A stretch of 64,000 nucleotides of DNA from Geopsychrobacteraceae bacterium (lineage in GTDB: Bacteria; Desulfobacterota; Desulfuromonadia; Desulfuromonadales; Geopsychrobacteraceae), in NCBI GenBank assembly GCA_963676795.2, contig CAXXTB010000002.1, positions 736,001 through 800,000 on the forward strand, written 5' to 3'. The notes beneath the pieces are model-generated. The model was given only the letters and a program-made list of their open reading frames with translations. It was not told where the DNA came from and made no database searches. A program made the position numbers and the translations under genes. This document shows positions 41,076 through 51,611 of the stretch, piece after piece (the first letter of the stretch is position 1; every line of letters begins with the position of its first letter).

Positions 41076-41774
41076 ATGACAAATTTACGTTTACGATACC
41101 AGACACTTGAGTTCAGAGACGCCGATATTCACCTCTGTACACTGCGCGACAGAGAGCAATTCAACGACCCGTTAGGGATCGCGGAAAAGCTTGGCATTTC
41201 ATCCTCCTTTTGGCCGATCTTCGGTCTTTTGTGGCCATCCGGTCTTGTCCTTGCCCATTTTATGGACAGTTATGATACGGGGACCAAGAGGATTCTGGAG
41301 GTCGGTTGCGGTATAGGGCTGCCCAGTTTGCTGCTCAATTCAAAACATGCCGATATTACTGCGACCGATCATCATCCGGAAGTCGAGGCCTTTCTGCTAA
41401 AGAATACCTCGCTTAACGACGGAACTCTTATCGCCTTTGAACGAACCGACTGGGCGGACAACGATGATCAGCTCGGAAAGTTCGATCTGATTATCGGCAG
41501 CGACCTTCTTTATGAGGATGAACATACTCATCTGCTTGCCAATTTTATCAATACTCATTCCAGGCCCGATTGTGAGGTCATTCTCAGCGATCCGGGACGA
41601 GGTCGTAAAACGAAACTGATCAAGGTCATGCAGACCTTCGGGTTCGTCGATTCCGCTGTCAAAATTCCTTGCGCCGCTCACGAAGGCAACCCGTACAAAG
41701 GTCATATCCTGAAATTTGAGCGGAAAATTTCTGGACCTGTGGCCGGCGAAGCGGATCATCATCTCAAGCAATAA
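41076..41774 (+). CDS. Class I SAM methyltransferase (METTL21-like)
   Basis: LWPSG, LEVGCGIG, GSDLLYE. Confidence 0.88.
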   Translation: MTNLRLRYQTLEFRDADIHLCTLRDREQFNDPLGIAEKLGISSSFWPIFGLLWPSGLVLAHFMDSYDTGTKRILEVGCGIGLPSLLLNSKHADITATDHHPEVEAFLLKNTSLNDGTLIAFERTDWADNDDQLGKFDLIIGSDLLYEDEHTHLLANFINTHSRPDCEVILSDPGRGRKTKLIKVMQTFGFVDSAVKIPCAAHEGNPYKGHILKFERKISGPVAGEADHHLKQ

Positions 41775-41855
41775 GTCATAAGCGATAAGATACTTTTCCC
41801 CTTTATCCGCACTTGAGCGCAATGGTCGATGACGGCGACTCTATTTTTTGAGCCG

Positions 41856-42443
41856 TCATTGATGAAAAACAGGGGCGGCAATCAACTCATCCTGCAGCTT
41901 CCTTAGCGCATTCGCAGCGGCTGACCTCCCGGCCAGACCAAAATCTTTAAGAATTTCGCTGACCGGAATAAGATCTCCATCTGCCTGAACGGTACTGTTC
42001 CATACCTGCTGCTGAGTGTTGTCAGTTGCGATGCAGTTGATCGTTACCGTGAAATCGGTTGGCGGCCAGAAAAATGCATTTCTGGATGACGAGGTGGTCG
42101 TAATCGTCGTGGTGAAAATCCAAGTGATGTTTTTCTCGCGGATGAAGTCCATATCGTTGATATTTTCAATTCTGTAGGTCGCAGAAAAAACATTGGAGAG
42201 TACCAGGTTGAGTCCCGGTTCAAGGTCGGCATAGGGGGTGTATTTTACAGAATCTCCGCCTCCGGCCCGGGTTGTGACTTCCAATGCCCTGTTTTCAGCA
42301 GAAATGTAATAACCGACGGCTGTGTCAATCACGGGAGACGCAGGGCCTTTGGTTATAGAGGTCATTGTGGGGACAATATCAATCTTATGAGCGCAACCAC
42401 TGACCGACAAAATCAGCACAAGCAGGATAAATAGCTTCTTCAT
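41856..42443 (-). CDS. Lipoprotein
   Basis: Lipobox VSGC. Confidence 0.8.
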   Translation of the reverse strand: MKKLFILLVLILSVSGCAHKIDIVPTMTSITKGPASPVIDTAVGYYISAENRALEVTTRAGGGDSVKYTPYADLEPGLNLVLSNVFSATYRIENINDMDFIREKNITWIFTTTITTTSSSRNAFFWPPTDFTVTINCIATDNTQQQVWNSTVQADGDLIPVSEILKDFGLAGRSAAANALRKLQDELIAAPVFHQ

Positions 42444-42588
42444 CTTTTTGATCTCACTGCAAGGGGGATTCGGGTTGATGCTGACGCACCAGGGGGAGCG
42501 ACTTTTCAATAATATCATAGTCTGTCATTCTGAACTCAAAGCATGAGTCAGACAGGACGAAACCCGCCGGGTTTCATTCTCTTTAAAG

Positions 42589-43488
42589 TTAAAAGCTATC
42601 TGCCTCTTTATCCGGCACCAGATTGAACCAATCCGGATAGCGCTTTGCTTCGAGCAACGCACTTTGAGCCTGGTCAATGATCCGTTCCCGATCCTTGGGA
42701 TAACTGCCGGCCAGATTGAGAATGTTCGAGACATGGTTGGAGCGCAGGATGGTGCGCTGTGGATTCAGGCATTCGACAATGGCCAGGGCTTCCTGCAGAA
42801 CCTCACCGTTGCTCAGTTGATTGATCATTTTGAAGTACTCATCGTTGTGTCGTCTGAACATGGTGAGCAGGGAAAAATAGGCGGGTGAGACCTGGTTGAC
42901 CCAGTCTGCGGTGAATCGGGCATGTTCGAGGGTTCTGCTGCGTCCGGCCAGTCCCAGGATGGCTGTGACCGAAAGTTTAAGCCCCGCCGCTTGCGCCCTG
43001 AGGCACTGATCGGCCATCGTTTCCGGTGCCGAGCCCTTATTGATCAGCCGCAGAGTCTGCGCATCCCCACTTTCAAGACCGAAGTAGAGGGTGCACATTT
43101 TGGCCTGGTGCAATTCGGTCAGTTGCTCGGTCGATTTGCCCATCAGACTGTTCGGTGAAGCGTAGGACGTGACCCGCTGAAGTTGCACAAAGGTCTCGTT
43201 AAGTTTCCGCAAAATCGTCAGCAGTTTCTGGTGCGGGTAGATCAGGGCATCACCGTCGGCGAGAAAGATGCGCCGGACAGAGCTGCGGATGCGCTGCGGA
43301 ATACTGTCGATCTCAGCAAAAATCTCAGTTAAGGGGCGCAGGCGGAACTTTTTTGTTTTGTACATACCACAGAAGTGGCAGCCGTTGTGAGAACAGCCGA
43401 TGGTGATCTGCAAGATCAGCGACTGTGCTTCAGATGGAGGCCGAAACAGTGGTTCGTCATAGTTGAAGAAATACATATTCTGGATCAT
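42589..43488 (-). CDS. Radical SAM protein (start uncertain)
   Basis: CSHNGCHFC (CxxxxCxxC variant), RPPSEA, FLADGDA, GLESG. Confidence 0.9.
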   Translation of the reverse strand: MIQNMYFFNYDEPLFRPPSEAQSLILQITIGCSHNGCHFCGMYKTKKFRLRPLTEIFAEIDSIPQRIRSSVRRIFLADGDALIYPHQKLLTILRKLNETFVQLQRVTSYASPNSLMGKSTEQLTELHQAKMCTLYFGLESGDAQTLRLINKGSAPETMADQCLRAQAAGLKLSVTAILGLAGRSRTLEHARFTADWVNQVSPAYFSLLTMFRRHNDEYFKMINQLSNGEVLQEALAIVECLNPQRTILRSNHVSNILNLAGSYPKDRERIIDQAQSALLEAKRYPDWFNLVPDKEADSF

Positions 43489-43683
43489 TTCTGGCTGATG
43501 AGCATGAATGTCGGATCTGGTATAGCCTATGTACACTTCAGACTCAATACCGATTGTTTTCCTGCCATTGAGGTGTTGAGCAGAGCGTGGAATGTTTTCT
43601 CCCCCTGCCGCAGATGGGGGCGTATCCGGCCGGGCAGGGCCCGCCGGATAGCGTGGCAATACAGCAGGTGAGTGTCTGTGCCG

Positions 43684-44163
43684 TTATGCTTGGCCGCAGG
43701 CATGGATTTTAACCATAACCGTACGCGCGACAGGTTGAGCAATCAGCAATTCGACAAACAGTGAGATAGAGAAATTGCGCGGCCATTTGTAGAAGAAATG
43801 TCTGATGGGTTCAAGCGTGATACTGCCGTTGCCAATCCATGTGCCGATCACGGTTAAACATACCGACATCAGTAAGACGGTACAGGCGATGTTAGCGAAC
43901 ATCTGAGCGCCGAAACTGTCATCCTCGGCGATCACCCTGCTGGTCAGAAACCGGGCCGGCTTGTGGGTCACGAAAACAAGGATCACAACGCTGATCCAGA
44001 TGGCGGGAATGATATGCAAAGCCAAACGCCAGCTATTGAGGTTGAAGCCCAGCTCAAAGCAGGTTATCAACGGGGCGATGATATTCACCGAGATGAGCGA
44101 GATCACGCCCAGAAAAACGATGAATTCTTTTTGATTTCTCGGCAGCTTCATGTGGAATTCCAT
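43684..44163 (-). CDS. Four-TM membrane protein (DUF2798-like)
   Basis: Hydrophobic segments; LPRNQKE, WPRNF; AAGGAG RBS. Confidence 0.7.
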   Translation of the reverse strand: MEFHMKLPRNQKEFIVFLGVISLISVNIIAPLITCFELGFNLNSWRLALHIIPAIWISVVILVFVTHKPARFLTSRVIAEDDSFGAQMFANIACTVLLMSVCLTVIGTWIGNGSITLEPIRHFFYKWPRNFSISLFVELLIAQPVARTVMVKIHACGQA

Positions 44164-44184
44164 AAAAATCTCCTTTTGAAAATG

Positions 44185-44222
44185 AAAAAAAAAAAGCACG
44201 AGCCCCTATGGGAACTCGTGCT
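44185..44222 (-). terminator. Terminator inside the 5' leader (possible attenuator)
   Basis: Minus strand AGCACGAG...CTCGTGC + T11, about 20 nt before the start codon. Confidence 0.7.
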
Positions 44223-44547
44223 GAACAATTATACGCGCGAATTTGTATGTTTTATATTTTGTCGGATAGTATCAAAAAAGAATTTCCGAGTAAATATGGA
44301 GAATATCAAGCCGTTCTTTTTCTGTCGCCCCCAAGGTCGTTCCTCTGGCAGGAAAAGAGACGCTGACCTGGTCCGGCGGGGCTGAGGCTCAAGGGTAACG
44401 CCACGGGCTGATATTTTCGTTGCCGACCCCGGGTCTGTTTGTGCTATAGCCAATGCGGAGTGGTGAACTGATTGATCTTACACTGCACAGACGATAAAAT
44501 TCACCATAAGATTCCCCGGGGACGGGGTAGCAAAACGAAAGGGCCTC

Positions 44548-45615
44548 ATGAGTTATCGGATAGCTATAAACGGTTATGGGCGTATCGGCCAGAGTGTTTT
44601 GCGGGCCTGGTATCGCAACCCATTGTACCAGGATCTGACTGTGGTGGTGATCAATGACCTGGCGGATCTCGAAACCTTAACCTATCTGACCCAGTATGAT
44701 ACGACCCACGGGCGTTTTCCGGCTGAGGTGAGCAATGACGGCAAACAGCTGTTGATCGATGACAACAGGCTGCAGGCCTTCAGCGAAAGGACGGTTGAAG
44801 AACTGCCCTGGGGGGAGTTGGGAGTCGATCTGGTTCTGGAGTGCAGCGGTGGTCTTGCGGATCGTGATGCGGCTGAACGTCACCTCTATGCCGGGGCGAA
44901 GAAGGTCCTCTACTCTCAGCCTGCCGCCGACGATGTCGATGCGACGATTGTCTACGGCTTCAACCATCAGCAGCTTAAGCCGACCGACCGCGTTGTTTCG
45001 AATGCCTCATGTACCACCAACTGCATCGTTCCGGTGTTAGACCTGCTTGATCGCGAATTTGGTATCATCAGCGGCGTGACGACGACGATCCATTCGGCGA
45101 TGAACGATCAGCCGGTCATTGACCATTTTCATCAGAGCGACCTGCGTCTGACCCGAAGTGCCATGCATTCGGTCATTCCGGTCAAGACCGGGCTGGCCAA
45201 GGGGATTGCCAAGTTTCTTCCTCATCTCAATGGCAAGATGGAATGCCTTCACCTGCGGGTGCCGACCATCAATGTTTCGCTGATGGACATGGCCATCCAT
45301 GTTGAAAAGCAGGTCGACGTGGCAAGTGTCAACAGCCTGTTTGAGACAGCTGCTGTCGGAGGGTTGCAGGGGCAGGTCGGATACAGCGAGCAACCCCATG
45401 CCTCGGTTGATTTCAATTCCGATTCCCGTTCGGCGATCATCGACGGTACCCAGACGCGGGTCAGCAACGGCAATCTGATCAAGATGATGGTCTGGTTTGA
45501 TAATGAATGGAGCTACGCCTGTCGTATGCTCGATGTTGCCGGCTACTGGCTGGCATTGAAGAACGGTAGGCCAGGAGAATCAATGGACAGGGGCTGCGTC
45601 TGCTCCTTGGTATGA
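44548..45615 (+). CDS. epd: Erythrose-4-phosphate dehydrogenase (GAPDH family)
   Basis: INGYGRIG, ASCTTNC, HSAMNDQPVID, WFDNEW. Confidence 0.78.
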   Translation: MSYRIAINGYGRIGQSVLRAWYRNPLYQDLTVVVINDLADLETLTYLTQYDTTHGRFPAEVSNDGKQLLIDDNRLQAFSERTVEELPWGELGVDLVLECSGGLADRDAAERHLYAGAKKVLYSQPAADDVDATIVYGFNHQQLKPTDRVVSNASCTTNCIVPVLDLLDREFGIISGVTTTIHSAMNDQPVIDHFHQSDLRLTRSAMHSVIPVKTGLAKGIAKFLPHLNGKMECLHLRVPTINVSLMDMAIHVEKQVDVASVNSLFETAAVGGLQGQVGYSEQPHASVDFNSDSRSAIIDGTQTRVSNGNLIKMMVWFDNEWSYACRMLDVAGYWLALKNGRPGESMDRGCVCSLV

Positions 45616-45666
45616 CGACCGGCGCGGAGAAAAATAGTTTGGTACAAACACTAGAGGAGACAGCCC

Positions 45667-45864
45667 ATGGATAACCAGAAAAGCGCAGAACTGATCGACA
45701 AGTTGCTTGATACCTGCCGCAGCGCCAAAGACCTGCAGTCCGCTCAGGCCGCCGCGCCGGCCGCTGCAGCGCTGCTTCATCAGATCGTCCAGCAGCAATC
45801 TGCGGCCCCGTACGAGTTACTCGATTTTCTCCAGCAGGAACTGGCGGAGATGCTGGGCTTCTGA
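45667..45864 (+). CDS. Small hypothetical protein
   Basis: GAGGAG RBS. Confidence 0.6.
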   Translation: MDNQKSAELIDKLLDTCRSAKDLQSAQAAAPAAAALLHQIVQQQSAAPYELLDFLQQELAEMLGF

Positions 45865-46127
45865 CCCGGATATTCCCGGTTGATCGATCCGCTCCATGGC
45901 GTTCCGCTGGTTTTTTTTGACCTTTTGACTCTACGGGGGCAGGTACAAAACGCCAGCATTTCAATTTCCCGGGTCTGGAGCCTGTCATAGCCCAATCTAA
46001 AGCTTTTCCGGTTAGGGCGCTTCTTGATCCTCTGGAAATGCCCTGTTTGAGATTTTCAGCTGACGACAGTTGCAAATCAAAACAAATTAAGTTATATATA
46101 TGAAAAGGTGAATACATGGAGGTCAAA

Positions 46128-46670
46128 ATGAACTTGTCAATCTTTTCAAGGCGCTGGAACCCTTATCTGGCCGGGGCTCTGGTCGGTATTCTCGCAGTTC
46201 TTTCCGTTGTCGTTACGACACTGGTTCTTGACAAGCCCAAGTATCTCGGTGCGTCAACCACCTTTGTCCGTGCCGTCGGTTATGTTGAAGGTGCCGTAGC
46301 AGAGGAGCATGTCGCTCAGAACACCTATTTCACCAACACAAAAATCAAGGCCGACTGGCAGATGTTGTTTGTTGGCGGCATTTTCATTGGTGCCTTCGCC
46401 GCGGCGAGACTTGGCAAAAGCAGCAAGTTTGAGACCGTTCCCCCGATCTGGGAAAAACGCTTCGGCTCAAGTGCAACCGTCCGTGCCGTTGGAGCCTTTC
46501 TTGGCGGCGTTGTCCTGATGTTCGGTGCCCGTCTGGCCGGGGGCTGTCCGAGCGGCCATGGTCTTTCCGGGAATATGCAGCTGGCGGTCAGTGGCCTGCT
46601 GGCGCTGGTCTTCTTCATCGTTGGCGGCATTCTTATGGCGCGCCTTGTTTATGGCAAAGGAGGTCAGTGA
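46128..46670 (+). CDS. YeeE/YedE sulfur-compound transporter, half 1
   Basis: GARLAGGCPSGHG; hydrophobic. Confidence 0.88.
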   Translation: MNLSIFSRRWNPYLAGALVGILAVLSVVVTTLVLDKPKYLGASTTFVRAVGYVEGAVAEEHVAQNTYFTNTKIKADWQMLFVGGIFIGAFAAARLGKSSKFETVPPIWEKRFGSSATVRAVGAFLGGVVLMFGARLAGGCPSGHGLSGNMQLAVSGLLALVFFIVGGILMARLVYGKGGQ

Positions 46671-47194
46671 TGGAACAGTTCATTGGTTTGATTACCGGGA
46701 TTCTGTTTGGTTTCTTTTTGCAGAAGGGTGAAGTCCTGCGCTTTGAAAAGCAGGTTGGTTTTATGCTGCTCAAGGATATGACAATCATCAAATTCATGTT
46801 CTCAGCGGTTCTGGTCGGTATGGTCGGCATCTATGCCTTCTCGGCTGCCGGAATCATCAGTCTGAGTCTGAAAACCACCAACGTGGCGGCTATTGTTGTG
46901 GGCGGGTTGTTGTTCGGTATCGGCTGGGCCGTAGCGGGGTACTGCCCCGGAACCTCCATCGGGGCTTTAGCGGAAGGACGTATCCATGCGATCTGGGCTA
47001 TCCTCGGCATGCTGGTCGGCGCCGGAATCTACGCCGAAGCCTATCCTGCGCTGAAAACCAGCCTGCTTGCCTGGGGGAACTACGGCAAGATAACCCTTCC
47101 TCAGTTGCTGGGGATTTCTCCCTGGCCGGTGATTGTGGTCTTTATTCTGGTCGGCCTGGGGCTGTTTTACTGGTTTGAGAAGAAAAAGCTCTAA
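46667..47194 (+). CDS. YeeE/YedE sulfur-compound transporter, half 2
   Basis: GILFGFFL, FGIGWAVAGYCPG. Confidence 0.88.
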   Translation: MMEQFIGLITGILFGFFLQKGEVLRFEKQVGFMLLKDMTIIKFMFSAVLVGMVGIYAFSAAGIISLSLKTTNVAAIVVGGLLFGIGWAVAGYCPGTSIGALAEGRIHAIWAILGMLVGAGIYAEAYPALKTSLLAWGNYGKITLPQLLGISPWPVIVVFILVGLGLFYWFEKKKL

Positions 47195-47475
47195 GCGATA
47201 TGAAAAGAGCGGGACAAGCCTCGCCCTGATATGAAAAGAATCACATCCTGAGCTGGTAGTGCCGGCCGTTACGACGGTCGTACTACCAGCTGTCTTTTAG
47301 ATCAACACGTCGTCCGACAGGGCAGGGTCCTCTGTATTGTAACAATTGCGGCTTCTTCAGTATCTTTCATGTCGTTTTCGCAAAAACTTTTGTAAGTGAG
47401 TTATCTCTGGTAAATTATTATAAAGGTCAACCGTTTAAAGGCCATTATTTCTATCTCAATGACAGGTATTGAGCT

Positions 47476-49791
47476 ATGCATGAGGTCCCGCCTCAAGACA
47501 ATCCTTCCTGTGAGCCTGTTTCAACAATTTCACTGACGGCCTGGCGTCGTGTTTGTGACACACTTGATTGTGCTTTTCTGCTTCTTGTCCCTGATGACAG
47601 CCAGATTATTGAATGCAATCGGGCTGCTCATCACTTGTTCGGTTATGGCAAGGCTGAATTTTTGCGATTCAAGTTGAGTGATCTTGGCGATGAGCTGAAG
47701 AATTCTTTTCTGCCTGAGGAATTTCGCTCCACAGTCCAGTGCCGCTGTCGGATAAAGAACGGCAAATCTTTCTGGGGGGAGATTATTCTGCAGAAAATCG
47801 ATTTGGACGGAGTTCAATTCCTGCTTGCAGAAATCAAAGATCTCAGTAGGAAAAAACAGCTTGAGGCAAAGTTGAAACGCAGCGAGGAGTTGTCCAGGGT
47901 CATTCAGCGCCTCAATAAGATCGGTTCCTGGGAGTATGAGATAGCGGCAAACAAAACCTTTTGGACCGAAGAAATGTACCGTATTCACGATCTGGAGCCG
48001 TGTTCATCCTTTCGGGATGCCGATACCGTCATAGCCGAAACCCTGGCTCTTTACCGTCCGGAAGACATGCCCCTGGTTGCTGCTCTTTTCAGTAAATGCG
48101 TTGAAGAGGGAGTTCCGTATATTGTCGAAGCGCGCATGAATACTCTTGCTGGACATCTGAAATGGGTTGAGACCCGAGGCGAGCGCATTATCGACGACAA
48201 AGGTGAATATAAAGTCGTTGGTTACATGAGGGATATCACCGAGAACAAGCAGCAAGAGGAGATCATCCGCAAGGGGGAAGAAAAATACAAGACAATTCTG
48301 CAGACTGCAATCGACGGCTTTTGGATCACCGATCTGGAGGGGCGACTGCTGGAGGTGAATGATGGCTATTGCCGGATGAGTGGATATTCCGAAGCAGAGC
48401 TTCTGACGATGAATGTTGCACAGCTGGAGGGAACTCTCGATTCAGCGCAGATTGCCGAAAAAATCGATCTGCTCATGCTCGAAGGCGCTATCCGTTTTGA
48501 AACCATGCACAGACGCAAGGATGGCAGTCTCTATGATGTCGAGGTCAGCGCCAAGCCTCTGGATTTTCATGGGAACAAACTTTTTGCCATGTTGCGTGAC
48601 ATCAGTGCGCAGAAAGAAGCTGAAAAAGAGAACAGGAGCCTGCAGGCGCAGTTGCTTCAGGCGCAGAAAATGGAGGCGGTCGGGCGTCTGGCAGGGGGCG
48701 TAGCTCACGATTTCAACAATATGCTCGGTGTCATTCTCGGTCAGGCGGAACTTGCGTTACTGCAGACATCGCCAGAACAACCTCTGGCTCATAAACTGCT
48801 CGAAATCATAAAAGCCTCTGAGCGCTCCGTGGATATTGCCAGACAGCTCCTTGCCTTTGCCAGTCAGCAGCCGATCGAGCCGAAACGCCTCGATCTCAAC
48901 GAGGTTGTTAGCAACACCCTCAAAATGGTCCGCCGTCTTATCGGTGAGGACATCGCCCTGATTTGGACCCCGGGTCAGGAACTCTGCCCGATAAAAATGG
49001 ACCCGGCCCAGCTTGACCAGATTTTCATCAACCTTTGCGTCAATGCCAGAGATGCCGTAGGTGATCAGGCCCGGATCGTCATTGAGACCGATGTGGTCTA
49101 TTTTTCTGAAGAGGACTGTAAAAACAACATTGGTTGCGTTCCCGGCGAGTTTGCCCTGTTGTCAGTGAGCGACAACGGTTGCGGAATGGATAAAAAGACT
49201 CTGGAAAATATCTTCGAACCCTTCTTTACAACCAAGGGTCCCGGAAAGGGGACCGGATTAGGCCTGGCGACCGTGTATGGCATCGTCAAGCAGAACTCTG
49301 GCTTTATCAATGTTTTCAGCGAACCGGGCAAAGGCACGACATTTCGTATTTACCTGCCGTCCGATCGTGGTGCGTTGAAGCTGGAGGGTGACAATAAAGC
49401 AGTGCCAGTTGCTTCGCGAGAGCAGGAAACAGTACTCTTGGTCGAAGATGAGCCAACACTGCTGAATATGGCACAGCAGATGATTGAAAGTCTGGGCTAC
49501 AGGGTTCTGGCCGCTAATTCTCCCGGGCAGGCCCAGACCATAGCCCGCGAATACGCCGACCAGATAGACCTGCTTGTCACCGATGTGATTATGCCGGGAA
49601 TGACCGGTCTGGAGCTTGTGAGAGCCATGGAGCCGCTTTACCCGAAGCTTAAATACCTGTTTATGTCCGGCTATACGGCGGATATTATCGCTCCGCATGG
49701 GATTCTTGTTGAGGGGATTCACTATATCCAGAAACCATTCACCCGACACGACCTGTCCGTCAAGCTGCGGGAGGCATTGGCTGCAGAATAA
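47476..49791 (+). CDS. Hybrid PAS histidine kinase with receiver domain
   Basis: Three PAS-like segments; GVAHDFNN, NARDA, FTTK..GTGLGL; DVIMP receiver. Confidence 0.95.
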   Translation: MHEVPPQDNPSCEPVSTISLTAWRRVCDTLDCAFLLLVPDDSQIIECNRAAHHLFGYGKAEFLRFKLSDLGDELKNSFLPEEFRSTVQCRCRIKNGKSFWGEIILQKIDLDGVQFLLAEIKDLSRKKQLEAKLKRSEELSRVIQRLNKIGSWEYEIAANKTFWTEEMYRIHDLEPCSSFRDADTVIAETLALYRPEDMPLVAALFSKCVEEGVPYIVEARMNTLAGHLKWVETRGERIIDDKGEYKVVGYMRDITENKQQEEIIRKGEEKYKTILQTAIDGFWITDLEGRLLEVNDGYCRMSGYSEAELLTMNVAQLEGTLDSAQIAEKIDLLMLEGAIRFETMHRRKDGSLYDVEVSAKPLDFHGNKLFAMLRDISAQKEAEKENRSLQAQLLQAQKMEAVGRLAGGVAHDFNNMLGVILGQAELALLQTSPEQPLAHKLLEIIKASERSVDIARQLLAFASQQPIEPKRLDLNEVVSNTLKMVRRLIGEDIALIWTPGQELCPIKMDPAQLDQIFINLCVNARDAVGDQARIVIETDVVYFSEEDCKNNIGCVPGEFALLSVSDNGCGMDKKTLENIFEPFFTTKGPGKGTGLGLATVYGIVKQNSGFINVFSEPGKGTTFRIYLPSDRGALKLEGDNKAVPVASREQETVLLVEDEPTLLNMAQQMIESLGYRVLAANSPGQAQTIAREYADQIDLLVTDVIMPGMTGLELVRAMEPLYPKLKYLFMSGYTADIIAPHGILVEGIHYIQKPFTRHDLSVKLREALAAE

Positions 49792-49996
49792 CTGCCCTTT
49801 CTAGCAAATTGATTTTGGACTATTGATAACCGGGAATGTTCTCAGGTTCAGTTCCGGAGAGATTATTGTGAGCTTCGCAGAAATGATTTCCCTGGATTTA
49901 ATCTCTTAAGCCTTGGACAATCATAGTTTTTGATGTAGATAGGCTAGAGTTGTTAATTGATGATTGAGTATCATTTGTATTACTTCAGGGAATTAA

Positions 49997-51544
49997 ATGC
50001 ACGATAAAGTCAATGAACTGATTGCCCGGATGCAGAAGCAGAACAGTTTTCCGGCAATTTCTCATTCTATTGCTGAAATCAATGCCAAAGCCTCGGCCAC
50101 GAGCAACTCGTCGGTTGAGGAGCTGGCCGATATCATACTCAAAGACTTTTCACTGACCGGAAAGTTGCTGAAAGTCGCCAATTCCGCCATGTACGGCCAG
50201 TTTGCCGGGACGATTGGTACAGTTTCCCGAGCGATTGTCGTTCTGGGGTTCGAGCAGGTGAGGTTGACAGCTGCCGGTCTGATGTTTTTTGAGTCCCTGC
50301 AGGGAGATATCTCAACCTACTACATCAAGAAAGGGGTTGTTGCCAGTATCTTTAGTGGCATCATCGCGCGTGATCTGGCCAAGAAGGTTCGGCTCAGGGA
50401 TTGGGAAAATTATTACATCGGCGCCATGTTTCACAATTTTGGCCAACTCATATCCATTCATTACTTTCCTGATGAGTTTTCCGCTTACCGTAAATTGCTT
50501 GCCGAAGGAGTCAACGACAACCTGGCTGCCCATAAAGCGTTTGGGGTGTCCTTTGCGGACTTCGGTATCGGATTGGCCAAATTCTGGGGACTGCCTAAGC
50601 ATATCATTGACAGCATGAAACACCCCGGTGCTGCTCAGCTGAAGACGGATATTCAAAACAAGAACCATCAGCAACTTCTGCCGATGTTTGCCAATGAAAT
50701 ATGCGCCGTTGCCATGACTGCAACATCCGATGGGATCGAGGTGAAATTAGCCCCGGTTCTGAAGAAGTTTGAGAAGATCTATCCCGTCAAGCCGGATTAT
50801 GTTTTGCAGATTGTCGAAAAAGCAATCGATGAGATGAAAGAGTTCTCAGATGTTTTACGCTTTTCCCCTGAGGATATTATCAGCCTGGAGCGCCATCATC
50901 CCGATGGTGAGGGTACTGCTCAGAAGTTGCATGAAGAAAGCCCTTCCGCACGGCTGAATTCGTTGCTCGACAGCTGTGGGATGAATGATGAGGATCAGGC
51001 ACCAGCTGCGAACCTGGTGGAAGACCGAAAACGCTGTCTGCAACAGGGCATTCAGGATGTCGGTCATCTTATCCTTGACGAATTCAACCTTGATACGGTT
51101 CTCGGAAAGATCCTTGAGACCATATATCGCGGCATCGGCTTCGACAAGGTTGTCATTTTTATAAAAGATCTGAAAACCGGTCGCTTTCAGGCGCGTTATG
51201 CCCTGGGGCAGAACTCTGCTCAGATCGGGAACCAGCTCAGTTTTGCCGCGGATAATGATTCGATCGATTTTTTCAGCAGGGCTCTGTTGGAGAACCGGGA
51301 TCTTTACATCAAAAATATTTCAGAGCATGGTCTGAAAGAGATGAAACCCACCTGGTTCGATACCGGGGTTTTCTCTACGGCATTTGTCCTGCTGCCAATT
51401 GTAGTCAACAAGGTTGAAATCGGTCTGATTTATGCCGGATATAATGATCCGGAAGATCCATTGACACCTGAGCAGCTCGTGTCCTTGAAAAACCTGCGCA
51501 ATCAAGCGGCCTTGGCGATCAAGCAGGTCTCCTTTCGAAAATGA
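49997..51544 (+). CDS. HDOD domain protein with C-terminal GAF-like domain
   Basis: LTGKLLKVANS, SRAIVVLGF, FHNFG, FWGLP. Confidence 0.88.
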   Translation: MHDKVNELIARMQKQNSFPAISHSIAEINAKASATSNSSVEELADIILKDFSLTGKLLKVANSAMYGQFAGTIGTVSRAIVVLGFEQVRLTAAGLMFFESLQGDISTYYIKKGVVASIFSGIIARDLAKKVRLRDWENYYIGAMFHNFGQLISIHYFPDEFSAYRKLLAEGVNDNLAAHKAFGVSFADFGIGLAKFWGLPKHIIDSMKHPGAAQLKTDIQNKNHQQLLPMFANEICAVAMTATSDGIEVKLAPVLKKFEKIYPVKPDYVLQIVEKAIDEMKEFSDVLRFSPEDIISLERHHPDGEGTAQKLHEESPSARLNSLLDSCGMNDEDQAPAANLVEDRKRCLQQGIQDVGHLILDEFNLDTVLGKILETIYRGIGFDKVVIFIKDLKTGRFQARYALGQNSAQIGNQLSFAADNDSIDFFSRALLENRDLYIKNISEHGLKEMKPTWFDTGVFSTAFVLLPIVVNKVEIGLIYAGYNDPEDPLTPEQLVSLKNLRNQAALAIKQVSFRK

Positions 51545-51611
51545 CCGGGTGGTACAGGAATGGCCTTGTTGCTGGTCTTTTCATGCTCCGTATGGGCTGA
51601 GCGTCCCTCTC

